A stretch of 64,000 nt of DNA from Polaromonas sp. (GTDB lineage: Bacteria; Pseudomonadota; Gammaproteobacteria; Burkholderiales; Burkholderiaceae_C), in assembly GCF_039930745.1 (NCBI RefSeq), contig NZ_JBDTTH010000005.1, positions 29,385 through 93,384 on the forward strand. Reading direction: 5' to 3'. Below, in pieces: positions 26,872 through 39,403 of the stretch. Both the position numbers and the translations under genes were made by a program. Under the pieces are notes generated by a model that saw only the letters and a list, made by a program, of their open reading frames with translations, was not told the DNA's origin and ran no database searches. Numbering within the stretch: the first letter of the stretch is position 1; each line of letters begins with the position of its first letter.

Positions 26872-27249
26872 TCAAACGCCCCTGGGGGCGTCTACCACTT
26901 CGGCCGCTGTGCGGAAAGCCTCCACCGCCGCGGGCAGGCCGCAATAGATGCTGGCGTGCAGCAGCACCTCCTGCAGTTCTTCAGGCGTCACGCCGTTGTT
27001 GAGTGCGCCGCGCACATGGCCCTTCAGCTCATGCTGCTTGCCAAGCGCCGTCAACATCGCCACCGTCACCAGGCTGCGCGTCTTCAGGTCCAGGCCCGGG
27101 CGCTGCCACACGTCGCCCCAGGCATTGCGCGTGATGTAGTGCTGGATGGGCGCCGAAAACGCAGAAGCCTTGTCAAAGGCACTGGCCACAAAATTCTCCC
27201 CCATCACCTGTTTGCGTGTGGCCAGGCCCTTTTCAAATGCCTCGTCCAT
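26872..27249 (-). CDS. Carboxymuconolactone decarboxylase family protein (PcaC-like)
   Basis: GLATRKQVMG, AWGDVWQRPGLDLKTRSL, HASIYCGLPAA. Confidence 0.85.
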   Translation of the reverse strand: MDEAFEKGLATRKQVMGENFVASAFDKASAFSAPIQHYITRNAWGDVWQRPGLDLKTRSLVTVAMLTALGKQHELKGHVRGALNNGVTPEELQEVLLHASIYCGLPAAVEAFRTAAEVVDAPRGV

Positions 27250-27335
27250 GTGTGCCTCCCGAGATGAAACTGCCAGCATAACGCTGCACCTTCGCACCCG
27301 CCGGCGGTGGGTCGGAGCCGTTTCAGCCCGCTTAA

Positions 27336-29633
<2,298 letters not shown>

Positions 29634-29657
29634 TACACCGACGTTCAAACAGGAGGG

Positions 29658-29703
29658 CGACCACCGGCCGGAGACATCCGGGCCGGTGGTCGGGCTTTTT
29701 TTT
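29658..29703 (+). terminator. Rho-independent terminator after katG
   Basis: CGACCACCGGCC...GGCCGGTGGTCG stem followed by a T run. Confidence 0.8.
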
Positions 29704-29756
29704 CCATGCGTGCAAACGTATCATTGCCACACCAACCCGCAATGAGAGACAAGTCC

Positions 29757-30332
29757 ATGACAAGCCGCTACCCTCTCCCCGACCTGAATACCGTCCCCGA
29801 AGACATCAAATCCAAAATCCTCGAAGTCCAGGAAAAAGCCGGGTTTGTGCCGAATGTGTTCCTGGCGCTGGCTCGCCGCCCCGCCGAATGGCGGGCATTC
29901 TTTGCCTACCACGACGCGCTGATGCTTAGGGAGGAGTCCAGCCTCACCAAGGGCGACCGCGAGATGATCGTCACCACCACCAGCGCGGCCAACCAATGCC
30001 TGTACTGCGTGGTGGCACACGGCGCGCTGCTGAGGATTTACGAGAAGAAGCCGCTGGTGGCCGACCAGGTGGCGGTGAACTACCGCAAGGCCGACATCAC
30101 GCCGCGGCAGCGCGCCATGCTGGACTTTGCGATGAAGGTTTGCGAACGCTCGCACGAGGTCGCGGAAGCCGACTTTGCCGCGCTGCATGCGCACGGCTTC
30201 AACGACGAAGACATCTGGGACATCGCGGCCATCACCGCCTTTTTCGGGCTGTCCAACCGCATCGCCAGCTTCTCGAGCATGATGCCCAACCCCGAGTTCT
30301 ACCTGATGGGCCGAGTACCCAAACAGAAATAG
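29757..30332 (+). CDS. Peroxidase-related enzyme, AhpD/CMD family
   Basis: GFVPNVF, EMIVTTTSAANQCLYCVVAHG (CxxC...H), FGLSNR. Confidence 0.88.
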   Translation: MTSRYPLPDLNTVPEDIKSKILEVQEKAGFVPNVFLALARRPAEWRAFFAYHDALMLREESSLTKGDREMIVTTTSAANQCLYCVVAHGALLRIYEKKPLVADQVAVNYRKADITPRQRAMLDFAMKVCERSHEVAEADFAALHAHGFNDEDIWDIAAITAFFGLSNRIASFSSMMPNPEFYLMGRVPKQK

Positions 30333-30341
30333 GAATCGATT

Positions 30342-30404
30342 AGCTATATATTTGCTAGCTGCTTACGCCCGTCCATCAAGGGCTGGAGGCCAATTTGACC
30401 ATCA
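30342..30404 (+). repeat. Dispersed palindromic repeat, intergenic copy B (between convergent genes)
   Basis: AGCTAT-N7-CTAGCT-GCT, GCCC-N9-GGGC, GGCCAA with spacing identical to copy A. Confidence 0.75.
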
Positions 30405-30821
30405 ACTGACAATGATGCGCATCCAGTCCGGTAAGGTGGCGGCTTTCTGGGTGGGAAAGTCCACCCAGATCGTGGTGGCACCGCCAGCGGCATACATCAC
30501 GCCGGACTGGTCCGCCCGCTCCATCGTGCCCCATGTCTCGAATGTCGTGCGGCCCGGGTCGCTGGCATACATCTTCACCCGCACGTCGCCGGGGTATTCG
30601 AGCTGCCTGTAGAAGTTGCAGAAGGCGTTGACGATGACCGGTCCCTCGCCTTTCGGGTCCGGCACGCAGCCGATGGAATACATCCAGTCGATGCGGGCCG
30701 TTTCAAGGTAGCGGAAATAGCTCGCATTGTTGACATGGCCCATAGCGTCCATGTCGCCCCAGCGGATGGGGATGTTCATTTCAAAAACCAGTTTTTTCTT
30801 CTCGGGTATTTCAATTTTCAT
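30402..30821 (-). CDS. Acyl-CoA thioesterase (4HBT/YbgC family)
   Basis: IRWGDMDAMGHVNNASYFRYLETAR. Confidence 0.9.
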   Translation of the reverse strand: MKIEIPEKKKLVFEMNIPIRWGDMDAMGHVNNASYFRYLETARIDWMYSIGCVPDPKGEGPVIVNAFCNFYRQLEYPGDVRVKMYASDPGRTTFETWGTMERADQSGVMYAAGGATTIWVDFPTQKAATLPDWMRIIVS

Positions 30822-30876
30822 GGTGCTGCCTGGAGGCAAAAAATGGCGGAAGGAAGATCATCGCCGGGATGAGCAT

Positions 30877-31779
30877 TCACCGATGCGCCCGTATGGAAAC
30901 GAGAATGCCCAGTGTGAACAACACGCAGGCGGCGAGCTGCGCAGCGGTGGGCCAGCGGCCGTCCCACGCGAAAGAATAAAGCAAGGCAAAAATTGTTTCA
31001 CTGACGATGAGCTGCCCGCACAGGCTGGCGCTCAGGCGCTGACTGGCCACGTTCCACAATATCGTGGCCAGCCAGGTGGAACCCACACCGGCCAGCACAC
31101 AAAGCAGCACAAAGGTGCCCCAGTCCTCGTGCGCAGCCATTGCATGAAAGTCCGAGCCTGCCACCGCCCACATGAGCAGCGCACCCAGGCCGGTGGCGAT
31201 GCCCAGCCAGTTCGCCCAGTCGGTGGCATTGACCTCCGGGTGCCGCTTGAGCCACGCGGAGTTGAGAATGGCAAAAGCCGTCCAGCACACGAGCGAGGCA
31301 GAAACAAACAGCATGCCGCGCCGGAAATGCGGGGTCGTGTCCTGGCCCGCCTCATGCGTGGAGCCCATCATGAGCGCCAGTCCGGCCAGCGTGAGTGCCA
31401 ACCCTGGTAGCAGTGAGGGCCAGCGCAGGCCCTGCGGCTTGCCCAGCAGCATGACCCAAAGTGGAATGGTGCCAATGACCAACGAAGGCACCTCGGTACC
31501 CGCATCGCGAATGGCCAGCACCAGCAGAAGGTAATAACCGCTGAAGCCCAGCACACTCATGGCCAGCGCAGCACCGGCCTGGCGCAAGCTGGGCACACGC
31601 CTGCTGCGCCAGCCCGCAAGCATCACCAGCGCCGCGACGAGGCCGTAAACGGCAAAACGGCCCGCCATCAGGTCCACCGACGAAAACCCGCCAACGCCCA
31701 TGTTGACCATGCGGGGCGCCACAAAAACCAGGCCCCACAGCGCACCGGCTGCCAAGCCGGCTAGAACACCGGTAAGCAT
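30877..31779 (-). CDS. DMT/EamA-family transporter
   Basis: About ten TM segments; GLAAGALWGLVFVAP; GQLIVSETIFALLY. Confidence 0.82.
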   Translation of the reverse strand: MLTGVLAGLAAGALWGLVFVAPRMVNMGVGGFSSVDLMAGRFAVYGLVAALVMLAGWRSRRVPSLRQAGAALAMSVLGFSGYYLLLVLAIRDAGTEVPSLVIGTIPLWVMLLGKPQGLRWPSLLPGLALTLAGLALMMGSTHEAGQDTTPHFRRGMLFVSASLVCWTAFAILNSAWLKRHPEVNATDWANWLGIATGLGALLMWAVAGSDFHAMAAHEDWGTFVLLCVLAGVGSTWLATILWNVASQRLSASLCGQLIVSETIFALLYSFAWDGRWPTAAQLAACVLFTLGILVSIRAHR

Positions 31780-31817
31780 CAGCGAAAAACGGCAAGGAAT
31801 AAAACCCGGCGCAAGCT

Positions 31818-32600
31818 TCAGACTCCGAAACCGTCGTCCGCAGCAATGACGGCGCCGTTGACAAAATGGCTCTGGCCGCTGGCCAGCATCACCAGCAATG
31901 CGTCCAGGTCCTCCGGCTTGCCGATGCGCTTGCGCGGCAACATCTGCACCAGCTTCTGGCCCTGCTCGGTCTGCCAGTGGTGATGATTGATCTCGGTGTC
32001 GATGTAGCCCGGGCAGATGGCGTTGACGTTGATGCCGAACTTGCCCCACTCCAGCGCCATGGCCTTGGTCATTTGCACCACTGCGGCCTTGCTCATGCAG
32101 TACACGCCGATCTGCGGCAACACGCGAAGGCCCGCCATCGACGCGATGTTGATGATGCGGCCGCCGGCAAAGCTGCCGGGTGCCATGCCGCGCGAACGAG
32201 CCAACATGCGTTTGCCGACTTCCTGAGCAACAAAAAATGCGCCTTTGACATTGGTGCCAAAAATGAAGTCGTAGTCGTCTTCGCTCACGTCCTGCATGCG
32301 CTGCGTGGTACTCACGCCCGAATTGTTGACGAGAATGTCGATGGGCCCGACCTCGGTTTCCGCATGGGCAACCGCGGCCTTGATGCTGGCATGGTCCGTC
32401 ACATCGAGCATGACCACGTGGGCATCGCCGCCCTCGGCTTCGATCTGTGCACGCAATGCCTTGAGCTTGTCCATTCTGCGGCTGGCCAGTACCACCGCAG
32501 CGCCGGCGCCGCTCAAGGTCCTGGCGAACTGCGCACCCAGTCCGCCTGATGCGCCGGTCACAAGTGCGACACGCCCTGAAAGATCCAGGCTATAAGCCAT
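31818..32600 (-). CDS. SDR-family oxidoreductase
   Basis: TGASGGLG, NNSG, YCMSK catalytic motif, NAICPG. Confidence 0.92.
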   Translation of the reverse strand: MAYSLDLSGRVALVTGASGGLGAQFARTLSGAGAAVVLASRRMDKLKALRAQIEAEGGDAHVVMLDVTDHASIKAAVAHAETEVGPIDILVNNSGVSTTQRMQDVSEDDYDFIFGTNVKGAFFVAQEVGKRMLARSRGMAPGSFAGGRIINIASMAGLRVLPQIGVYCMSKAAVVQMTKAMALEWGKFGINVNAICPGYIDTEINHHHWQTEQGQKLVQMLPRKRIGKPEDLDALLVMLASGQSHFVNGAVIAADDGFGV

Positions 32601-32739
32601 TAGAGGCTCCTCTCAATAAAAGTGTACGAATGCGAACGGTCGTTCGATGCCCCGGATTCACGACATAAAATCAGGCGCGAAACCTGCGGCCGTTACCCAA
32701 GGGCCACCGTTCCTGAAAATCATTATCAGCGAGTCCACC

Positions 32740-34425
32740 ATGAAAACCGAAGAATTACTAGCCCAGTTCGGCCCCCGCGAAGCAATGGAATACGACGTGG
32801 TCGTTGTCGGGGGCGGCCCCGGTGGCCTGGCGACTGCCATTCGACTGAAACAGCTGGCCGCAGAGAAAGGCACGGAGCTTTCGGTCGTGGTGCTTGAAAA
32901 AGGCTCTGAGCCTGGCGCGCACATTCTCTCCGGCGCAGTCATGGACCCGAAGGCCCTCACCGAGCTGATTCCGAACTGGAAAGAACTCGAAGCGCCGCTC
33001 AACCAGCCCGTGACCAGCGACGAGGTATTGTTCCTCAGCGAAACGGGTGCCACCAAAACACCGGCATTTTTCGTGCCCGAGTGCTTCCATAACGAAGGCA
33101 ACTATGTCATCAGCCTGGGCAATGTGGTGCGCTGGCTGGCGCAGCAGGCGGAAAACCTCGGCGTTGAAATTTTCCCCGGCTTCGCGGCCGCCGAAGTGCT
33201 CTACAACGACAACGGCTCCGTCAAGGGCGTGGCGACCGGCAACCTCGGCGTCGGCAAGGACGGCCAGCCGAGCGACCACTTTCAGCTCGGCATGGAACTG
33301 CACGGCAAGTACACCATCTTTGCGGAAGGCGCACGCGGCCACCTGGGTCGCCAGCTGATGGCCCAATTCAAGCTCAATGACGGCAAGGACCCGCAGGCCT
33401 ACGCGTTGGGTATCAAAGAACTCTGGGAAATCGATCCCGCCAAACACAAGCCCGGTCTGGTGGTGCACACCGCCGGCTGGCCGATGGACAGCAAGACCTA
33501 CGGCGGCGGCTTCATGTACCACCTGGAAGACAACAAGGTCACGCTGGGTCTGGTGGTCGGCCTGGACTACACCAATCCTTACCTCAGCCCCTTCGAGGAA
33601 ATGCAGCGCTGGAAGACCCATCCGAGCATCAAGGCTTACCTGGAGGGCGGCAAACGCATCAGCTACGGCGCGCGCGCGATCACGGCCGGTGGCTTGGTCA
33701 GCCTGCCCAAAACAGTGTTCCCCGGTGGCGCGTTGATCGGCTGCGAAGCCGGCTACCTGAATGCCGCCCGCATCAAGGGCAGCCATGCAGCCATCAAGAC
33801 CGGCATGCTGGCGGCAGAAGCAGCCTACGACGCCGTCACCAGCGGGCGCCAGCACGACGAACTCAGCGCCTACCCCGAAGCCTTTGCCAAGAGCTGGCTG
33901 CACGCCGAACTCAACCAATCGCGCAACTTCAAGCAGTGGTTCAAGAAAGGCGTGTACCTCGGCTCTTTCATGACCGGCATTGAGCAGTGGCTGCTGCCCA
34001 AGCTCGGTATCCGCAATCCGCCCTGGACGATTCGCCGCAAGACGGCCGACCATGAGATGCTGAAGCCGGCTGCAGAATGCCAGCCGATTGTTTATCCCAA
34101 GCCCGACAACAAGATCACCTTCGACCGCCTGAGCTCGGTGTTTGTCTCCAACACCAACCATGAAGAGCAGCAGCCCGCCCACCTGACACTCAAGGACGAC
34201 AGCGTGCCGGTCAACATCAACCTGGCGACCTACGCCGGTCCGGAATCGCGCTACTGCCCGGCCGGTGTGTACGAGTTCGTAAAAAATCCGGACAACACCG
34301 ACCGCCTGCAGATCAATGCGCAGAACTGCGTGCACTGCAAGACCTGCGATATCAAGGACCCGACCCAGAACATCGTGTGGGTCACGCCAGAAGGCGGTGG
34401 CGGTCCAAACTACAGCGGTATGTAA
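32740..34425 (+). CDS. Electron transfer flavoprotein-ubiquinone oxidoreductase
   Basis: VGGGPGGL, EKGSEPGAHILSG, RYCPAGVYE and NCVHCKTCDIKDP Fe-S motifs; ATG at 32740. Confidence 0.95.
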   Translation: MKTEELLAQFGPREAMEYDVVVVGGGPGGLATAIRLKQLAAEKGTELSVVVLEKGSEPGAHILSGAVMDPKALTELIPNWKELEAPLNQPVTSDEVLFLSETGATKTPAFFVPECFHNEGNYVISLGNVVRWLAQQAENLGVEIFPGFAAAEVLYNDNGSVKGVATGNLGVGKDGQPSDHFQLGMELHGKYTIFAEGARGHLGRQLMAQFKLNDGKDPQAYALGIKELWEIDPAKHKPGLVVHTAGWPMDSKTYGGGFMYHLEDNKVTLGLVVGLDYTNPYLSPFEEMQRWKTHPSIKAYLEGGKRISYGARAITAGGLVSLPKTVFPGGALIGCEAGYLNAARIKGSHAAIKTGMLAAEAAYDAVTSGRQHDELSAYPEAFAKSWLHAELNQSRNFKQWFKKGVYLGSFMTGIEQWLLPKLGIRNPPWTIRRKTADHEMLKPAAECQPIVYPKPDNKITFDRLSSVFVSNTNHEEQQPAHLTLKDDSVPVNINLATYAGPESRYCPAGVYEFVKNPDNTDRLQINAQNCVHCKTCDIKDPTQNIVWVTPEGGGGPNYSGM

Positions 34426-34439
34426 AACCGCTCAGCTCC

Positions 34440-34470
34440 AAAAGAGCCCGGTTTTCCGGGCTTTTTTTTT
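34440..34470 (+). terminator. Rho-independent terminator after ETF-QO
   Basis: AAAAGAGCCCGG-TTTT-CCGGGCTTTT followed by a long T run. Confidence 0.85.
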
Positions 34471-34860
34471 GCGCGACTTTTGCAGCCCCGTCAGCGTCAG
34501 CGAGGAAAGCAAGTCGTTTATAAACTTGTGACTTTCTGTCGCCGGACTCGGATGTGCGGTGTCACGCGCTGAACGCGTCCCATCGGGAGAAAACGGCTGT
34601 TTCAGCCCCAGCCCACAGCGTGCCGGGCGAACGATTGGTCACGCTTTGTCGGCACATCCCCTCCATCGGGCCGATGTCTGACGCACACAATGGTTCTCCT
34701 CCGACACAGGCTATTTCGGCAGTCGGGGAATCTATAAGCACGCAGTTGAAGATCGCGCCACCCCTAGCGTGGCTGCGCTTTACAGCGCAACGCCGCTTTC
34801 CGTCGAATTTCGTGGCTCTCCACCTCCTTCAACCACACCGGCTCTCCCGGTTCTTTCAAA

Positions 34861-35967
34861 ATGACTTTGAACAAACCCCATGTATTGCTAACCGGCGGCG
34901 CCGGCTATATAGGCAGCCACACCTACGTCGCCCTGGTCGAGGCTGGCTACCAGCCTGTGATTCTTGATGATTTTTCCAACAGCCACCCGGTGGTGCTGGA
35001 CCGGCTGCAGCATCTGACCGGCCAGCGCGTGGTCTGCGAGCGTGGGGATGTTCTTCACACCGGACTGGTTACAGAAGTACTGCAGCGCCATGGCTGCGTT
35101 GCCGCCATTCATTTCGCCGGGCTCAAGGCGGTCGGGGAAAGTGTTGAACAACCGCTGCGGTATTACCGAACCAATGTGGGAGGACTGGTCAGCCTGCTTC
35201 AGGCCATGGAAACTGCCGACTGCCGTTCTGTGGTCTTTTCCTCCAGCGCAACGGTCTACGGTGACCCCGCACACATTCCGGTCACGGAACAGTCTCCATG
35301 CATGCCGGAAAGCCCCTATGCTCATACCAAACTGGTGTGTGAAAACATCCTCGCCTCACTCAAAGGGGCAGATCCCTCCTGGCGTGTGGGGGTTTTGCGT
35401 TACTTCAATCCTGTAGGTGCGCATCCCAGCGGCTTGATCGGCGAAGATCCCAGCGGCGCACCAAATAACCTGATGCCCTATGTCACCCAAGTCGCTGTCG
35501 GCAAGCGCGCCAAACTGCGCGTGTTCGGCAACGACTACGCTACACCCGACGGCACGGGTGTGCGGGACTACCTGCACGTTTCAGATCTGGCCGAAGGCCA
35601 TGTGGCAGCGGTCCGCGCGCTGCTGGCGCGGGAACAGAGTTTCACGGTCAATCTGGGCACGGGTGAGGGTACAAGTGTGCTCGGCGTCCTGGACGCGTTT
35701 GAACGCGCCAGCGGCCAGCCCATTCCTTTTGAATTCGCGCCGCGGCGTGCCGGCGATGTCGCAAAGTATTTCGCCGATGTATCGATGGCGGAGGATCTTC
35801 TGGGCTGGCGTGCCACCCGCAGCATTGACGACATGTGCCGCGACTCCTGGCGCTGGCAGCAAAACAACCCTGACGGCTACCGGACAGCCGGAAATGCGCC
35901 CACCAGCCCCGTGCACTCTCTCCGGGCGGGAGTTGCCAGCCCGGCCCTAACCGGCGGAGTTGTCTGA
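34861..35967 (+). CDS. galE: UDP-glucose 4-epimerase
   Basis: TGGAGYIGSH, HFAGLKAVGES, SSSATVYG, LRYFNPVGAH, DGTGVRDY. Confidence 0.95.
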   Translation: MTLNKPHVLLTGGAGYIGSHTYVALVEAGYQPVILDDFSNSHPVVLDRLQHLTGQRVVCERGDVLHTGLVTEVLQRHGCVAAIHFAGLKAVGESVEQPLRYYRTNVGGLVSLLQAMETADCRSVVFSSSATVYGDPAHIPVTEQSPCMPESPYAHTKLVCENILASLKGADPSWRVGVLRYFNPVGAHPSGLIGEDPSGAPNNLMPYVTQVAVGKRAKLRVFGNDYATPDGTGVRDYLHVSDLAEGHVAAVRALLAREQSFTVNLGTGEGTSVLGVLDAFERASGQPIPFEFAPRRAGDVAKYFADVSMAEDLLGWRATRSIDDMCRDSWRWQQNNPDGYRTAGNAPTSPVHSLRAGVASPALTGGVV

Positions 35968-36059
35968 CTCCAGCGCCGGACAGCCATGGCCCATTCGGAC
36001 TATTGTTTATTGCTGCACTGCACAACAAACTCCTCTTTCCCCTCCACAAGAGGACCTTC

Positions 36060-36404
36060 ATGCGTCTTACGTTGCTCTCATCCGCTTTTTTTTCCGCCTG
36101 CCTTACATCGGCCGCGGCCCAACCCGGCCCGAGCGCACTTCCCGCTGCAAACACCAGCAAAATCGTCAAGGCCAAACAGCTTGCAAAGGCCCCCGAGGCA
36201 ACGACCCGCATGAAGCTGCAACCCGGTCAGGAAGCCATCAAGGTCAGCGCGGCGCACACTGCGGCGCCGGGCCGACCGATGGCCCAAGGCACTGTTGCCA
36301 GCCAGCCGGACGAGCCCGATGAGCTGCCCTATGGCACCCTACTGGCCACGCTGGTCCTGATGGCCGCCATTGCCGTGCGGCGGTCAAAAGCAGGAAGGCC
36401 TTGA
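36060..36404 (+). CDS. Small secreted protein with degenerate PEP-CTERM-like C-terminal sorting signal
   Basis: Signal peptide, Ala/Pro-rich body, then QPDEPDELPYGTLLATLVLMAAIAVRRSK (motif, TM, basic tail). Confidence 0.55.
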   Translation: MRLTLLSSAFFSACLTSAAAQPGPSALPAANTSKIVKAKQLAKAPEATTRMKLQPGQEAIKVSAAHTAAPGRPMAQGTVASQPDEPDELPYGTLLATLVLMAAIAVRRSKAGRP

Positions 36405-37924
36405 GCATGGGCGGGCTCGGCCGGCCTGGCGTGACAGCGGTCAAGTGGAGTGCGGTTTCCACCGCCGCCCGTTTTGTCCTGCAATTGCTGGCGCAAGTGG
36501 TGCTTGCCCGCACGCTCGGGCCGGAGATCTTCGGTGTCTTCGCAATTGGTATGGTCGTGTTGACCTTCGCCACCTTTGTTTCCGGCTTTGGCTTTAGCTG
36601 GAGCCTGCTTCAGCGAACCACGCTGCGGGACCAGGACATCCGTTTCGCCTGGACATGGCAGCTGCTGGTAGGCGCCATAACCATGCTTGCACTGTATCTG
36701 CTTGCACCCCTGCTCGCGCAATACTTCAGGGAACCCCGGGCGGAATCGGTCATTGAGTGGCTATCGCTCGCCTGCCTGCTAACAGCAGCGGCGGCCCCGG
36801 CCACCTACCTGCTGCAGCGTGATCTGAACTTTCGGGCCGTCGGATTGGTGCAGGTCGGCAGCTACGCGGCAGGTTACGTTGCTGTCGGCATGCCCATGGC
36901 ATTGCTGGGATGGGGCACGGGCGCTTTGGTGGCGGCCTGGCTCGTGCAAGCCGCTGTGCAACTGGTCGCCAGTTATGCACTCAAGCCGCATGCCGTGCGC
37001 CCGCTTTTCTGGTACCCCGATGCGGCCTCAGCGGTGGGCACCGGCCGCACGGTTTTTTTCACCAACATCATCAACTGGGTGCTCAACAACATGGACCGCG
37101 TGCTGATAGGCCGGCTGCTCAATGCCCAGGCGCTGGGCTTGTACAACGTTGCCTACAACCTGGCCACCATGCCCAACACCTTGCTGCTGGGTGCCTTGCA
37201 ACCGGCTTTCCTGGCCGCCGGTGCGCGTCTCCAGAACGAGCAGCAAAGGCTGGGCCAAGCCTATTTCCAGATGCTGGCCACTATTCTTGTTCTGGCGGTT
37301 CCGGCCTTTGTCTTTCTTGCCGTCATTTCCGCCGACCTCGTGCGTCTGCTCTATGGACCCCAGTGGAGCGGTGCGGCATGGGTGCTGGCCATCCTGTTCC
37401 TGAGCATGCCGGCTTATGTGATCTGGGGGCTGTCCACGCCAGTTCTCTGGAATACCGGGCGCAAGCACTATGAGTTTGTGCTGCAACTGCCATTGGTTGC
37501 CGCGGGTGCCCTTGGTTTTTATTTCTTTGCCGGCCAGGGCATCCTCTCAGCAGCCAGCGTAGCCGCCTTGCTGCTCGTGCTGCGGGCAGGGGTAGTCGGT
37601 GCCGCAGCGTTTCGTGCGGTGCAGCTGAACTGGACAGGGTTGCTGCCTCACCTCGCGCGCGGGTTGCTGCTGAGCACCCTGGCAGTAGCTGGTGCCCTGG
37701 CCGGCCAGGAGCTTGCAGGCAGGTCCGGGCAGCCACTGCTTTCCCTGATGGCCAGCACATTCATTGCCCTCGTCCTGCTCGCCTCCGTCGTGGCCTTGCG
37801 TCCGCAAGTGCTCGGTGAACAGGCCGCCGCCATGGTGCTCCGGTTTGTGCCCCGGCTTACGCACTTTCTGCGCCGGGCCAGCCCGCCAATGCCAGTGAAA
37901 ACAATGGGTGAGCAACAGCTCTGA
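36401..37924 (+). CDS. wzx: Wzx-like polysaccharide flippase
   Basis: LARTLGPEIFG, LLQRDLNFR, DRVLIGRLL, LGLYNVAY; about 12-14 TMs. Confidence 0.85.
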   Translation: MSMGGLGRPGVTAVKWSAVSTAARFVLQLLAQVVLARTLGPEIFGVFAIGMVVLTFATFVSGFGFSWSLLQRTTLRDQDIRFAWTWQLLVGAITMLALYLLAPLLAQYFREPRAESVIEWLSLACLLTAAAAPATYLLQRDLNFRAVGLVQVGSYAAGYVAVGMPMALLGWGTGALVAAWLVQAAVQLVASYALKPHAVRPLFWYPDAASAVGTGRTVFFTNIINWVLNNMDRVLIGRLLNAQALGLYNVAYNLATMPNTLLLGALQPAFLAAGARLQNEQQRLGQAYFQMLATILVLAVPAFVFLAVISADLVRLLYGPQWSGAAWVLAILFLSMPAYVIWGLSTPVLWNTGRKHYEFVLQLPLVAAGALGFYFFAGQGILSAASVAALLLVLRAGVVGAAAFRAVQLNWTGLLPHLARGLLLSTLAVAGALAGQELAGRSGQPLLSLMASTFIALVLLASVVALRPQVLGEQAAAMVLRFVPRLTHFLRRASPPMPVKTMGEQQL

Positions 37925-39395
37925 ACGCCCCATCATGGAACAGGTCATCATTATTTCCGTTCTCCTGACAGGCGCCGTACTGGCAGCATTCGGGGCGACG
38001 CTGGGCATGGCCGGCGCTGTTCAGCTGACCTCCCGGCGCAGCCACGGCTATTTGCACTGGATGTTCTATGCAATCTTGCTGATGCAGGTGCTTTCCGTGG
38101 TGCTTTCCGGTCGCGATGTCACTGTACCCCTGAGCGTGAGCGAGCTCGATGTGCCGATCCAGCATCCACTGCAAAGTCTGGCCCAGCCCCTGGTATCGCT
38201 GCTTCTCCTGACCATAGCCTGCGAACGCATTCTCACCCATTGGTTGAAACGGGACAAAGCGGTGCTCATGCCCTCCGCAATCCTGGTGGGTTTCTTTATT
38301 TTCTGGCTGGGTACGGTAGCGGCCCCGGGGCTGCTGGGCGCCAACCCGAAGCTTTCCCATGCCTACATTTATCCGCTGGTTATCGGCATGGCGGCCGTCT
38401 TGGCCCAAAGCGATGAACTGAACCATGCCTTCAGGGCTGCGCGCAACGCTCTGCTGCTGTTCATGGTGGCAGGGCTGCTGCTGATCCCCTTCAAGACCAG
38501 CATGGTGCTTGAAACTTCCTACTCCCAGGGCCTGCTGCCCGGCGTACCGCGCTTGGCGGGCCTGGCGACCCATGCGGTGTCTTTGGGAATGCTCGCGCAG
38601 ATTGGTTTGCTGTGTTTGCTGGCATGCCCCTATCGACGCATGTGGCTGAACCGGCTGGCATGGGCCATCGGGCTGGGCGTGCTCTTTATGGCCCAGTCCA
38701 AAACGGCATGGATTTCATTCATCCTGTGCTCGGCCTGCATCATTGCAGTGCGCGGAGGTCCGGCTTTCTGGCGCCGTGTGGGTGATCCGGTGCGCCCCGA
38801 GTTCGGCATCGCCTCCCTGCTGGCTTTCATGGCCGCAGTGGCAGCTTTGCTGCTGCTGCTGATATTCGGTGATGTGGGTGGCAGGCTGGGCAGTTTTTTT
38901 GACAGCGCCGAAGGCGCCCAACTCGCCTCCTTGACCGGCCGCGACCGGATCTGGGCTGTCGCCTGGGACGAATGGCAGCGCAATCCGGTCTTTGGTTATG
39001 GGCCTTCCTTGTGGGACGCCAGTTTCCGGGCAAGTATCGGCATGCCTGCCGCAACCCACGGGCACAACCAGTTCATGGACACCCTCGCGCGCGCCGGCAT
39101 CGTCGGTGTCGTGGCCTTGGTGGTGTATGCGCTGGTACTGCTGGTGCTGTCCGTCAGGTATGCGCGTGCCAGCCATGGCATCTCGCTGGCACTGTTCGTG
39201 GCGCTGGCCATGCGCTCCATCAGTGAAGTCCCCCTTCTGCTGTTCGGTTATGGGTCCGAACTGGTCACGCATATGTTGCTGTTGATGACGCTGGCAAGTG
39301 CCGCCAGCGACGCCCGTCTGGCCCGGGCCCGGCCTGCCCCGCATCGCCCGGCATCCACGGCGGCCTTCACCACCCGCCAGCCATCGGCCACCTGA
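37908..39395 (+). CDS. Wzy polymerase / O-antigen ligase family protein
   Basis: Multi-TM; AQSKTAW, LTGRDRIW, PVFGYG, HGHNQFMDTL. Confidence 0.82.
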   Translation: MSNSSERPIMEQVIIISVLLTGAVLAAFGATLGMAGAVQLTSRRSHGYLHWMFYAILLMQVLSVVLSGRDVTVPLSVSELDVPIQHPLQSLAQPLVSLLLLTIACERILTHWLKRDKAVLMPSAILVGFFIFWLGTVAAPGLLGANPKLSHAYIYPLVIGMAAVLAQSDELNHAFRAARNALLLFMVAGLLLIPFKTSMVLETSYSQGLLPGVPRLAGLATHAVSLGMLAQIGLLCLLACPYRRMWLNRLAWAIGLGVLFMAQSKTAWISFILCSACIIAVRGGPAFWRRVGDPVRPEFGIASLLAFMAAVAALLLLLIFGDVGGRLGSFFDSAEGAQLASLTGRDRIWAVAWDEWQRNPVFGYGPSLWDASFRASIGMPAATHGHNQFMDTLARAGIVGVVALVVYALVLLVLSVRYARASHGISLALFVALAMRSISEVPLLLFGYGSELVTHMLLLMTLASAASDARLARARPAPHRPASTAAFTTRQPSAT

Positions 39396-39403
39396 TTCGC
39401 TCC

